This document shows, piece after piece, positions 12,861 to 25,513 of a stretch of DNA of 64,000 nt. Position 1 is the stretch's first letter. Every line of letters begins with the position of its first letter. The translations under genes were made by a program, and so were the position numbers. Under the pieces are notes generated by a model. It had not been told where the DNA came from, made no database searches, and was given only the letters and a program-made list of their open reading frames with translations. Source of the DNA: Sphagnum compactum (Eukaryota). The stretch is from the NCBI GenBank assembly GCA_965153455.1, contig OZ234493.1, positions 11,956,213 through 12,020,212 on the forward strand, written 5' to 3'.

Positions 12861-13433
12861 TTTGAATGTCGGAGCACCTTGAATTTTATTTTCCTTAAAC
12901 CTTTGGAGATGTTAATGTTGATTTTTGTTCTAAAACTTGCAATTCGACAATTAAATAAATAACATGCATTTGCAATTGATTTTTTTCGGTTGTGTTTTGT
13001 TTGGTTTTGGTGTCACTATATTTACTATTCATGACTTGAAACATTCTATCCTCCTCCTTCCAAATGAAAATCAAACAATTTAATAATTTCAATTAAATGT
13101 AAAAAAAAACATTTCCTAAATTAAAGAGGAGAAAAATTACAAATAAATCTATAAATAAATAAAACAAGTGGTGTGTCACATTGTGACCTTGCCATTTACA
13201 TTAAAAAATAAATAAATTATGGAAGAATATTATGGTGTTTCCATAATTCTTCTTTGCTATTCTTTTTCCATAAATTCCATAATTCAAATATTACAACAAA
13301 AAGAAGAATTATGATGGAAACTCAAATTTTTCACCATACAAAAATATAATCTTCATAAAAAAATCCTCTACAAGAAAACCAAAATCCTTCAAGATATTAT
13401 TATAACTCTATTATAACTACTCTCAAGTTTTAA

Positions 13434-13560
13434 ACACAAGCCAAAATATCATCTTTCAAAAATCCTCAAATAAAAATAGACCTATTATTATTATTATTAT
13501 TTACCTAGGAGCCTATAAAAATCCCTTAAGCTACTATACTCTATAATGAATCTAAACACA
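13434..13560. repeat. ~125-bp cassette upstream of MsrB, also present at 60544-60903; empty site for the MITE at 60655
   Basis: ACACAAGCCAAAA..ATCATCTTTCAAAAATCCTCA..(ATT)n..ACCTAGG.GCCTATAAAAATCCCTTAAGCTACTA..TACTCTATA.TGAATCTAAACACA is present at both loci. Confidence 0.9.
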
Positions 13561-13817
13561 ATAAATATACTTGCCAATAATAAAGAGTGGTAATTTTTTT
13601 CAATGAAAAAACCTTGCTGCAAAATGAAAAAAATAAAATGAAAAAATCTGCTTATTTGTAACTGCAAATAATAATAATAATAAATAATAATAAAAAATCT
13701 GCTTGTAACTGACCCTCCAAATTAGAAATTATAAAATTAAAATAAAATTCATTAGCAAATTTCTGTCTAGAATTTAGAGAGTGCCAAGAAGGGGATGAGA
13801 AGAGGAGCATGTGCGTG

Positions 13818-13857
13818 GTCACCGGTGGTGCCGGTCACTGCCACGTCACCGGTGGTG
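13818..13857. promoter_or_regulatory. Candidate bZIP site (TGACGTGGC on -) between/overlapping two GTCACCGGTGGTG direct repeats in the MsrB proximal promoter
   Basis: GCCACGTCA lies at 13840-13848 and the 13-mer occurs at 13818 and 13845, just before the (GA)n(GT)n leader tract. Confidence 0.5.
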
Positions 13858-13875
13858 AGCTGCAGAGCCAGAGCG

Positions 13876-13878
<3 letters not shown>

Positions 13879-13913
<35 letters not shown>

Positions 13914-13930
13914 TGTGTGTGTGTGTGTGT
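13879..13930. repeat. Compound (GA)n(GT)n microsatellite
   Basis: Direct reading of the sequence. Confidence 0.95.
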
Positions 13931-15475
13931 ATGATCTCTCCTTCGGATCGCTGCAAGTCTTTTGCTCTGGATCTATGCGCTCGGAATTGTTGTGGTCGCC
14001 AATTATCTCGTCGAGTTTGTGTCACAAATTGTCTCTCGATTTGTGTGTCAAATCGTGTCTGCATTTTGTTTCAATTTTGCGTACCACTTCTCAATCGTAC
14101 TCGATTTTTTTGTTTTCTTTCTAGATCTGTCTTGTGTTGTTGTCCTCCTTTCGTGTGTTTTCTTTTTTCATTTTTTTGATCCAAGCTTCTTCTTCTTCTT
14201 CTTCTTCTTCTTCTGTGACATTTTCTTCCTGTGGTTGTTCCTGAATGCTTTCTGGAAGCTTTGAGAACCATTTCTCGTCTGCGGTTTTGGTGTTGCCAAC
14301 AGAGCATATGTTTGCAGATTGTTTGCATCGTTCCATTTTCCGTAATAACACCAGGAGCTTCAGACTACGTCGTGCACAAACAAAGGGGACCATCAGAGGT
14401 GAGTTTGCTCTTTTATCTATAACTATTCTCAAGGGCCTGGAGCCTCTTCCTTTGTGTTCAGAATCACGGGTAGTAACGGTTAGAGGGAGTCGTCGTCTAT
14501 GTTTGTAGCCTTTCTTCCTGCAAGAATTTCTTTGCATTTGGAGGCTAAATCTGGAATGAACCAAAGCGCATTTGTAAGTTGAGTGTACGAAGTCTTAGTG
14601 ACGGGCAGCGACATCTCTCGGGAGGTGATAAGAAGCCTTCTGATATGAGTTGTGCCGAGGTTTGCGCCGGGGTTTTCAGCAGTACGCTACTTCATTAGGG
14701 CTTTCATTGCCTCCGGAACATGCATGCTACATCCTGCTACATTTTATCCAACAACATGCATCTTATTCATGTCATTCTCAATACAGTGATCAAGATAGCA
14801 TCCATGTTGATGGATCCACCAACATGCATGCTACATCTTATCCACGATAGTCAGCCCATTTGCAATGCAGTGTGGTGACCGATCAACCTCAGGGGCTTTT
14901 GAGATCTTGAGAGAATTTTGGAAAAAACCAATGCTCAAGCAGCTGTAATTTCTGACAGAAAATCTTTAGGGTGAAGTGAAATTAGCCTCCTCACAATGTT
15001 ATCCTTCTTCTCTTCTCTTGATTTGTATATTTTACTATCTATGAGCATGTTAGCATACAGCCAGCTTCCTGGCGGGAGCCAGCAGTGATGATGCTTTGGT
15101 ACCAGTGAAAGCTAAAGGACATGACTGAAGAAGGAAGTTGGTGGATAAATGATCTAAGCTTAGCAAATGTGGGAAATTGTCTTGGTGTGTTTGGGATCTG
15201 CTTAACTCTGTTATTCCCAAATCAACCTTGTAGCTCTAGCTGTGAAAGAAGTGAGGATTTGGTTCATTCAAGAAGACACATGCAGGATTTCAGATGTCTG
15301 CAATCATAGCTACAAGCTTGTTCTCCATAACAACTGCCAATTAGTAGATGAAGGGAACTTAATTAATACTATTTTGATGCATGCGCTGTGTATAAGTTTA
15401 CCACTGTAGGCAGTGGCAAGCTTTTTCTGGGGAGTTCACTTGCAGAGTATAGGTGGAAGTTGTACACAAAGAGAG

Positions 15476-16793
15476 ATGGGAGCTAAATTCTCTGGCCCGT
15501 CAGGTTCAACAAGAGCTTCAGCAGACCATGAACACTCTCAAGGTACTGCATTCATTTCTACCTGCATCCTTCAAGCTCTTCAACATTTTCTGAAGGTTTG
15601 TCTCCAAGTTTTCTATCCAGCAGATTTCATACACATTTCTTTGGGGGGTGAATGTGGGGTGGAATTTGACAGGGACTTCTCAGCAATTGGATTACAGATC
15701 AATAACTGAATCTGAGTGGAAGAAGCGCCTTACAAAAGAGCAGTTCTCTATTGCTCGCCAGAAAGGCACTGAGCGAGCTTTCACTGGGTACTTTACTCAT
15801 CCTCTTAACAGGAGGAAACAGTGGTTTTCCTGGCTATCGGATCTGCATTCAAGTGTGCACAAACTATTTGCTTTCCCTCCATTTTCAAAGTCAATCTCTC
15901 ATTCTGGACAGTTACAAGCATGAGAGTTTTAATGACTTACATCTGTTGCTTGTGTGAGAGGATCCCATTTTTAATTTGTTACTGGGATATTTTGCATTGA
16001 CTCCATTGTGGCTTTGCTTGCCATATGTCAGAGAGTATTGGAACACTAAAACTGCAGGGACGTACACGTGCGTATGTTGTAACACGCCATTGTTCAGGTC
16101 CAAAATTTCATCATCTCTAGCCATCTCTTTTGCTATCTTCATATTCTGGGATCCTCTTCCTTTGCTTGAGCTGTCCAGTCTCCCATCATTCGATTATGTC
16201 TACATTTCATATCCTACACACCAACACTTTCTGGTCCCAATCACTATGGTCTAAGTTGTTGTGTTGTATGGATCAGTATTTGAACTTTGGTGTTTTCCTT
16301 CCATTCTTTTCTCCCTTCCATTGTTTTCCTCCCTTCAGGTCCCTCATTTACTTATTCTATTTTCCAGTTCTTTGTCAATTTTCTGTTGTCGTAGGTGATT
16401 AATATTCTGAATGTAAGAAAATAGCTGAAAGTTGCTAGCTTTGAAACAGAGTTTTGTTCTGCTATGCAGCTCAAACACAAAATTTGACAGCCGCACTGGA
16501 TGGCCATCCTTCTATGATCCAATTGACAGCAATGTAAAGTCAGCTATGGATTGGTCAATACCTTTTATGCCCCGCAATGAGGTGATTTGTGCTGTGTGTG
16601 ATGCCCACTTGGGCCATGTCTTCAACGATGGTCCCCAGCCTACTGGCCAACGCTATTGTATCAATAGGTATATAACTTTATCATGGTACCTAAGAATAAG
16701 TGTTGACCTAACACATGAATTTGGAGCTCTTACTTGGCCTTCCTACTTGTGTGCAGTGCATCTCTAGCCTTCAAGCCTGGGAAGAAAAATTGA
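15476..16793 (+). CDS. MSRB1: Peptide methionine sulfoxide reductase B, MSRB1-type (1-Cys); true N-terminus or transit peptide may lie in upstream exons (~13975-15475)
   Basis: Exons give [103 protein letters not shown]. Two CxxC Zn motifs and the catalytic RYCINS are present. Confidence 0.92.
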
Positions 16794-18529
16794 ACACAGA
16801 GACAAGCTGGAGATGGTCAAGACTCCCTGGGTATGCTTTGCTATTATCAATTAAGCTGTGAGCTAGACTTATGAGCGCTACTGCTTCAGAAGTAATTATG
16901 GTTGTTACAATGTCAATCATGTACATATGCTGCTTCTATATCCAGCAGCTGTGCTACTGACTCTCTGCCTAACCAAATGAAGTATGGTATGATGTGGGTA
17001 TTTGGATGCTATTATATGCATGAAGTTTTCTCACACCATAATTTGGACCTCGTAGTCACTTTGAGCTTTTTGAAACACTGCTTTATTGAGATGTTTCTGT
17101 TGCCTCAGGACCAGAAACTATGAAATCTGGCGGAGAAGGCCAATAAGAACATGAGTGACCAAGAGATGGGGCACTGGTCTTCCTGATTCTTCAAGCACAA
17201 TGTTCCATCTCCTGACACAGCTAATGCAATCACCTGGGCTCAGGGAGGGTCCAGGGAGAGAGATGTTCACTGGAAAGCATAGAAAATCTGGCTTCAATGT
17301 GCCTTAGTATTCTATCAGTAATCATGGATTGCTATGTTGGCAACCCATTGAGGGGACATTACGGCAGGATATCAAAAGGTTGTGTCCTTCCTTTGCTACT
17401 GCTGAGGGTCAACACTTTGACAACTTTCATTGCAACAAAGATGATTGCAACTCCAGTTTTGTTGGTTCTGTCCAGAGGGAACAGGCTTAGCATCCATGTA
17501 GAGGATTTGGGATGCAATTTTGGCTTGAACTGGGTACCAATTTGTGGGTGAAAATTGGAGACCTAGATGTACTCTTTAGGCTGTTTCATTTTTACGAAGT
17601 TCATTTTGCATTCAAATAACAGAATATGTTGCACCGTTATTACATATCAATTTTGTTTGGCACATTGTTTTGCAACATCCTCAAAAGTCTTTTGCTCGCA
17701 ATCCCTATATTTTCTTACAGTAGTAATTGAGTGTTTTTTGTTTGTGTAGTTTTATTTGCCAATTTGACACATTTCTTTCAGTAGTATTAGAAATGCAATA
17801 TTCCAACATATACTGGACAGTGCAAATCTTAGGTCATGAGGTTCCTGCAAAACCCAAACAAAGACTTCGCAAGAAAGATGGCTCACAAGTAAACCTGAAC
17901 AGCACCAGGTATTCCCTATTTAAAATCTCAGCAAACCTTCAAGTCTTCTTGTATGTTCTTTTGGATCTTTTAGTCCATATGAGAAGGACACATCTCACTG
18001 GTTCCGCTGTTGAAATAAATATGCAGTTAAGGAGAACCCATAGAACAACGAGAATGACCCCTTGGAGAGACTCAAACCAGCCATCTTATGACTGTTAGCC
18101 TTTTGTGCATGACACCTTGATTGTTCATTAACAGGCTAGTTCTCATTTTTCCTTAGCAATTTCCAAGGTTCAGCAATTGGAAAAAGCAGGCGTTAAAGAT
18201 CTGAGAAAAAATCCTTGTAAATATAGCAACAGTACAAAATGAATTCGAGTGCCTCTACTACTGCCATCCCTGACACTTAAGTGTGCCTCCACTGCCAGCA
18301 GAATGAAGAATCCAATAACATTACTACCTTTGGAACTAAAGATGGAAAAATCCGGAAAACAATAAATACTGGACACTACTTCCACAGCTTTTAGATGTTA
18401 ATGCCCTCATGTCATTCATGAAGTAATCTTGCACCCAATGCTGCAGCTAACTACAGAGCTATTACTAGTCCAGTTCTCTGCAATCCCATTGCAACAAACT
18501 CTACAAAAATTCAACCCTCTACTTGGATT

Positions 18530-21500
18530 TCACAGGTAGTGTGAATTTGGCTGTTTGGAGTTGATTTCAGTCCATGCTTCAATCCAGGTAACCATAGCAT
18601 CCGCCAACTTTGTGAAGTAGGGGTCCACACCATTCAATCCTTCCCTCACCTGTTTTCACAACAGAGCAGCAACACCACCCACAGATCCCACAATTGTCAT
18701 TCATTTCTACTCAAGAAAGGAAGATACACAGTGCCTCAGTAGCTTCTCTCTTTATTTAGTCTCTAGTCTCTTCAAAATAGCATTTTCATGTCTTTATTAC
18801 TGGTGTGTATTGTGTACCTTGCTGCTTTAGTTTCATGGGCATTTTTCATTGCAAACTTCAGTGTGGAACATTTGAAGCATGTCAAAGCAGGAAATGTGCA
18901 ACCGGCTGAATAACACTTTCTTTGGGTCAGAGCTTTTAGTGATATGCTGGGACCAAAACCCCAAATAGCACAAATGATTTTCAAGCTAAGAACTGGTAGA
19001 AGGAAGTTTGAGCCTGACCATTTTCGAAAGCTCAATGTAGCATTGCTCCACTGTCACAGACTCCCTTGAAAGCTGGACCTGCTGGAAGAAAGGGATAATC
19101 TCCTCCTGCCAAAAAATGCCTTTGTACTCTTTCTTCAAGTTCACAAAAGGGTTGCTGGCCTTGCTGTGATGAATGTATGGCAGCCCTGTCTTCACACCAT
19201 AGCCTAAATGGTCACAGATTACCTGCCCCGTTTGACACACCCAATCAACCCATAAGAAACATCGACAAGTTCTTTACAGACTTGATATGTAATAATTGTC
19301 AAATACATGATTCAAACACATTATGAATGACTTCTGAAGCTAACCACCTGATAGTATAACCTCCATCAAAATTTGAGAAGTTGTGACACAAGAATTGAAG
19401 TAATCTTTTCCTCATATGGCTCAGTCCATCAAAGACAGCCCACTGGCAAAACTAAGGATACATACTTTCAAAATGTACAAGTCACTGCATAACATTCAGC
19501 AAAACATGATAAGAATTCCATAGTTCCATAAACGAGAAGAAAAAGGGCGTCATCATATACCTTGCAACACCAGCCAGCCCACATGTCATCATAACGTCCA
19601 ATTGGCTGACCATCGCCCATGAGACCAAAATACATGGCTGGCCCAATAAGAGTCCTATCAAATGCCAGATTCATCCCGCACATAGGGAACAACGTGCCCT
19701 TCGGGATGGTCATCACCATATCCACAAACCTATCAACAAGGATAATGGTGAGTCCACTACAATTGTCAAGAATACAACATGAGGAATATCAACCTAATTG
19801 CAGAGAGAAACTCCACCACCCAAACATGTCAGGGGACTACAAAATGGTTGTGTCAGCTCTCAAAGTATCACAAATTTCAGACCACGACCTCTATGAATGA
19901 CTAGCTGCCATTAGTCTCCTCTGACTTCATCATCTCCCAACAGTGGGTATAGAAGATGCCAGCACAGTACATTCAACAAAATCAACACCACTGTCTTCTG
20001 TTCTACAAGCTAGGGGGGGGGGGGGCGCTACACATTAAGATCTCACAATGATTCATGAAATTCTCTCACCTAGTATTGCGTTCAGCAGGTTTTACAAGCT
20101 GGGTGGGAGCATCATAATCAGGCACATTGAGCCAGAGCCCATGTGAGATGGCAGTGGGTACACCTTCGCGCATGCTGAATGGATACCCACGCACAAAATC
20201 GGCACCCTTGCGGTATGGATCATACAAGGTATTGAAGAAAAGTGGTGTTGACGGGGTCAGCAGGTTTGTGATATGCTGCTCCATTGCATTGATGTCCTTA
20301 CCCTGTGGATCCTTTGCTACCTGTGGCGCATTCCCCACATGTTAAATTCCAGTTTGTGAATACTGCAAAGCCAGCCCCAAGTTCACAAAGATTCTAGCCC
20401 ACTGAAGAACACAAGTTGACAATCACAAGGTTTTTGTAGCAACACTCTGAAGATCACCATCATCCTAGAGCTGCTGCTGCTGCTGCTTCATGATGGATGG
20501 GATGACAGGATGGTTCCTTTGCAAAACTGCATTGATGATGACACAGAAGGAATGACAATAACAGTGTTGGAAGAAAGTACGGATTGGAAAACCCGCCTCC
20601 TGAATCCACCCAGAAGATTATGGCAAACTGTGCCTGCACTAGGCATCACAGCTGCAATCAAGGAAGCGTACCTCGCAGACTTCAACTATTGGGTCTACAT
20701 CACTGATTTCTATGTGCACCATTTTGGGCCAAGAAGGATTCTTGAAATTCGAAATGTTCTTGACATGAATGCTGTGTACAGAGGGTAAATTTACTGTCAA
20801 ACCCAACTAATTAGCATAGCTTGCTAGTTAGTTGAGGAGTGAACCTGCCACTTTCCAAAACCAAGGGCTTTGCTTGTCGAGCTTATTAAATCCTGTAATT
20901 GGATGTGGATATATGGTTCTTCTGATGCTTAAGGAAGAAGCAACCTACTTTGGAAATTGGACTTCGTTTTTCTACACTTTTTATGTCATGAATTGGGTGA
21001 TTTAGCTTCCTCCTGCCTGATTCTGGACAAAAAGAAATAATGCAGCAGCTCAAGTTTTTTGAGTCATTTTATAGGTTTGCGGCTGCGTTGGCACTCAAGA
21101 CACCTCAAATTCATTGGTGGGTTCTGAATGTCATGCCTATTGATGCACCTGATCGCCTACAAGTAATATTTGACCGAAGCCTTATTGGTGTTTACCACGA
21201 CTGGTATGTACGTCACTTACATCTTCTCACATTACCACCCAGTCTCTTCATGAAGTCCTTCAAGCAATTTTTTCATAAAACACTAAGAAAAACTTAATGC
21301 TCAAAAAACTTCATTCAGATTTGGACACTGCACAGAAGCAAGCATCCTGAAGCCCAGCGGCACTAGATGTTCTTACCCAGCAGTCATCATCAATGGTGAA
21401 GATATATTTCTTCTTGGACATCATGAAACCAAAGCATCTGCAGGCACTGTCCTTGAAGGAGATGCATGAAGCTTTGGGGCCAAGAATTCTATTGATGTCA

Positions 21501-21688
21501 TTCCGGTTGTAGAGCTCATAGTCATAACCCTCAGGAACCTTGATCACCTTGGTGGGGTCACCATCCTGTACGATGATGAGATGATAAGGGCTCAAATACG
21601 GCCGCCATTGCTCCAGAAAATCCAGGTTCCGGATTGTTGGGATAACAATGTCCAACTCATCCTTCAGCAATGGCACCGGTGTTGCCAT
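18530..21688 (-). CDS. RGP: UDP-arabinopyranose mutase / reversibly glycosylated polypeptide (GT75), 5 coding exons
   Basis: Exons give [84 protein letters not shown] and [18 protein letters not shown], with TGA at 18532-18530. Confidence 0.97.
19851..19958. repeat. Dispersed intronic element, partial copy B (RGP intron)
   Basis: TCAGACCA..TGACTAGCTGCCA..CTGACTTCATCATCTCCCAACAGTGGGTATAGA matches copy A. Confidence 0.75.
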
Positions 21689-21699
21689 CTTGAGATCTG

Positions 21700-22077
21700 A
21701 ACAAACAACAACAAAAAAAAGTACTGTTCAATCTTATCACTCACAAACCTAAAACCCTAACACACACAACAGATCAACCCAATCTGCCATTCTCTTCCAA
21801 CCCACAAAGCAAGTGCATTACATCGGACCCAACAAACATTCAGATTAAATGACCGGCTTAAGAAGAGCATAAACTCAAGAAAAAATTTAAAAACAAACAA
21901 CAACAAAAATCCTGTTCAAACTTATCACCCACAAACCCTAAAACCCTAACTTTCACAGTAGATAAGAAGACCAACCCGATCTGCCATTGTCTTCCAACAC
22001 ACCAAGCAAGCGCATTACATCACACCCAACAAACATATACATCAAATAATCGGACCGAGAAATGCATAAACTCAAGA
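21700..22077. repeat. 2 x ~190-bp tandem duplication in the RGP 5'-UTR intron, each with a telo-box
   Basis: AACAAACAACAACAAAAA..CTGTTCAA.CTTATCAC.CACAAACC..AAAACCCTAAC..ATCTGCCATT..GCATAAACTCAAGA occurs twice. Confidence 0.9.
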
Positions 22078-23907
22078 TCTAGCTCAGGAAAACAAAGAAC
22101 CCTCCAAAAAAAAGGGATGATTCCGAACGAAACCTTGAGAGAGAAGAAACACAACTAACTCACAAATTGAGAGTTCCCGAAGACTCGAGACCTGTAATTC
22201 TCTTTAGCAGTGGTAAACCCAATCCCTCTATCCTCCCATAAAAAACAGAGAAGCTTAGAAACCCTTTGTTCAGCTGAAAACAAAAAATGCCCAAGTTTTT
22301 CTAGGATACTTGAACATTGTGTAAGAGTGCAGGCAGTACCTGTAAGGCCGATCCAGCAGCAAGGAAACAGAAGAGAAAATGCAAACCGCCGAGGAAAACT
22401 GCGAGAGAGAGAGAGAGAGATCGTGAACCTCGGAAGCGCTAGTGCGGCACGCCTTCCAGTTCCACTGTACCCGTCCACGTCCCAAATGAGGTGTCCATCC
22501 ACATCCCAAATGAGGTCCATATCGATGTCCTCAATTCGTACTCCTGAGTCCTGACCAGTGTTGGGCGGGTATCAAAAATGTATCATCGGGTATCACTCAG
22601 GTATCCATATCTGAAACCCTTCAGGGTATCCATGTTCAATGCATTTCTGGGCTTTCCTTTTTGTGTCCTACATTGTTTTTATGACAAATTGGGTTACACA
22701 ATTTTTCATAGTTTACAAAATGAACATTTTTTTTACATTTTTCTACATGTTTTGTGACTTTAGACCAAATATCGAGCCCTACGCCTTTCTCTTCAGAAAG
22801 CAAATATCAAAAAGTGGCACAAAGTTGAGGAAGGCTGAAGCCAAAGAAGAAGCTGAAACAACAACCCAATGAAGTCTAACTAAAGACATACAAAAAAATG
22901 TTGTGGGGATGCGGGGGGAGTAGGACCAATGAAGGTTGTGTGGAAAATCAATTCTTGAGATCATGTTTGGTGAGGGGAATCCTAATCGGGGGCAACTGGT
23001 AGCAGAGGATTTATCTAGCAAATGCGGTAGAATGCCCAGTTGAATGAGCTCCTTATTCTGAGTGGAAAAAGTATGATCCCCTTTTGAGAGAGCAAATACA
23101 ACAGCATAGATTCCAGCACTAAAAATGAGCCGTCATTTTTACACATGATCAAAACGGACAAAACCTTATTTGATAGAATTAGGCAGATCTATGCAAGGTG
23201 GAAACAATCAAACCCTACAACAGAACTGTATGTTGGATGGTGCCTTAAATCCATAAGACCATGCTTTGTAGTACCAAAATCAAAAGGATCTTGTTTGTTG
23301 GTCCTGGTTGTAATTTTGAATCATAATGTCAGGTTTTAACACGTGCTGCTTTCTAGCATTGACAATCATCTGACTAGCTCCATAAACATAAAGCATTCCA
23401 AAAAGAATCCTTGTGCATTTGGAGGGCTCCTTATATCCATGAATATCCTTCCTTGAAAAGAGGAGGTATAGTATGCCTACTCCTTAACATATCCTAGGCA
23501 TAAGATCCCTCCCATCATAAATCTTACAGCTTGCATTTAAGTGCAAAGCTCTCTGGACACTCCATGGTTTCTACAACCATTTCCAGCATGTGCGGCTGTA
23601 ACTTGGGTACGTCAGATTGAAAGATCTTCAGAGTCATGGATGGGGAAATCATGCACCAGTTTCTAGAGAGTTTTCCATATCCATGACTTTGACAAAACAA
23701 GACCATAAGATCTAGGAAAAGGCATATCAAGACTAATACAATCTACAAAACCAATCTCCATCTTATGGCTTGGTTCACAATAAGAATCAAAACTACATGA
23801 TGGCCCACCTGTGCTTCAAGAAGCAAAATGTCAAAAATCACATACAAATCACAGGTCACAATTTTGAGAAGCCAATGTGGCAAGTAGGAGATAACTCTGG
23901 ATCTTCA

Positions 23908-24678
23908 TCACCTGACGCGGTCTGGCAACTTGTAGAGCTGCCTCAGCATATCTATTTCTTTGTTATCTTTGATGCTCTCATACTTTTTCCGCAACTCCTG
24001 AAAATTCTCAGATTGCTTCATTGCTAGTTCCTCTTCTGCAATCCTCTGTTGCTGTACAATTCCCCCACTCTGTCCATGTCAACATCTAACTTGATAGCCA
24101 GGAGTTGGGTAGAATAGACAATGTGATGTCATGATATTCTAGTTCTTACAAAAATCCCCAAAAACTTTATGCATAAGCTCACTGAACAGCAAGGAATTCA
24201 CTCAACTAAGATTTGCAGTTCTTACCTGTTGAATATAATTTCTCTCAAATGCATGTCTCTCTGCAATCTCACGCTTCTGAAACGCTTCACGGGCACCTGG
24301 TTCCCCCCTTGTTAAGAACCGGAGCTCCAGTGACTTCCTGCGCCTCAAGGGATGATCAATGAACATTGCTTCTGTCGCCTTGTATGCCCTTGCAGGCCTA
24401 GGCATCCCTCCCACCATAAACATGAACTCCTGCATCTGTTTCACAATGACATCGGCTTGCTGTGCAGTCTCCATCTCCACAATAGCAGTGCCTATGCACT
24501 TTCCTGGGTTTTTGGGATCCCTAAGCAACTTTATAGACTGCACTGTCCCAAACTGCCCCAATGCTGCACACAGGATGGCATCGGTTATAGTAAAGGACAG
24601 ATTGTCCACCATGAGGCAACGTTGCACAAGTTGTGCAAACTCCCGGTCATGCATCTCCTCCTCTGTTAATCCCTCCAT
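23908..24678 (-). CDS. AIPP1: RRM protein similar to ASI1-immunoprecipitated protein 1 (AIPP1/EDM3), 2 coding exons (24678-24226, 24051-23908)
   Basis: EFAQLVQRCLMVDNLS..AALGQFGTV..AIVEME..FMVGGMPRPARA..MFIDHP..HAFER..QQ|QQRIAEEELAMKQSE resembles the recalled AIPP1 family pattern. The splice preserves frame to TGA. Confidence 0.75.
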
Positions 24679-25229
24679 GGCAACGATATCCCGTTCATTT
24701 GGATTTGGTTGCGGATTAGTCCAGCTCCACCACACCATGACTTGTTTGGTCACGCCACTGCACAATTAGCCACAAGCTTTCAGCAACAGGAATAGTATCA
24801 AACCTGCAACCACCTCAAGGGCACCACACACAATCTTGAATGCTTTTGCTTGAATTTGGAATTTCTTAGAGGACTCTAACTTGTTGCAGCAAGACTCCTG
24901 CTACAACAACAACAGTGTTCGTCTCAAGTGTTGGGGGGGGGGGGGGGGGGGTCATCGGAATGACTTCACCTTGCTACATACGTAGCAACAACTTCCAACA
25001 GAATCATGGCATTGTGCATGACCAAACGAGTCAAAAGAACACATCAGAGCAACCCCCTGCCCCATTGCTGAGGAATCATCTAAAGAAGGGGCTCCAAAAC
25101 GACGACTACGACCGTTACTACCCATGAAGAGGCTCCAGGCCCGCAAGAGCAACTCACCTCTGGTAGTTGTTGCGTTTGTGCACGACGACGAAGAAAAAAT
25201 TGAGAGCGATTCAAAAGTAATGTGCAAAA

Positions 25230-25513
25230 TTGGAGCAAAATGCAGATATCATGCACCGCCCACAGCAGCGGCTCTCTGCTCTATAGTGAAAGGATGAGGA
25301 GCGAGAGGAGGAGGAAGAGAGCACCAAACCCTATTTAGGGCAATTGCAGTAAACGAGAGCAAGCTTCTCCCTCTTCTTCTTCTTCATATTCTTTCCAGCC
25401 TTTTTGACCCATTTGTTTTTTCTTTATACCTCTCCCCCCCTCCTGCCTGCAACAAAATCGTTTTTTCTGCAGCTGAATTTGAGTCCGGACTGTGGTGGGT
25501 GGAAGAGGCGGTA
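25230..25513. promoter_or_regulatory. Probable bidirectional promoter between the AIPP1-like gene and FIP37
   Basis: Divergent ATGs lie at 24678 (-) and 25514 (+). A central AAACCCTATTTAGGG telo-box quasi-palindrome (~25327) has a purine tract on its left and a pyrimidine tract on its right, giving a Y-patch for each strand. Confidence 0.55.

Noticed and set aside
13795..14564. Several overlapping ORFs at the MsrB 5' end
   Set aside because: They are driven by (GA)n, (GT)n and (CTT)n microsatellites and show no recognisable domain.
24352..24769. Two + strand ORFs (105 and 136 aa)
   Set aside because: They are antisense shadows of the RRM coding exon.
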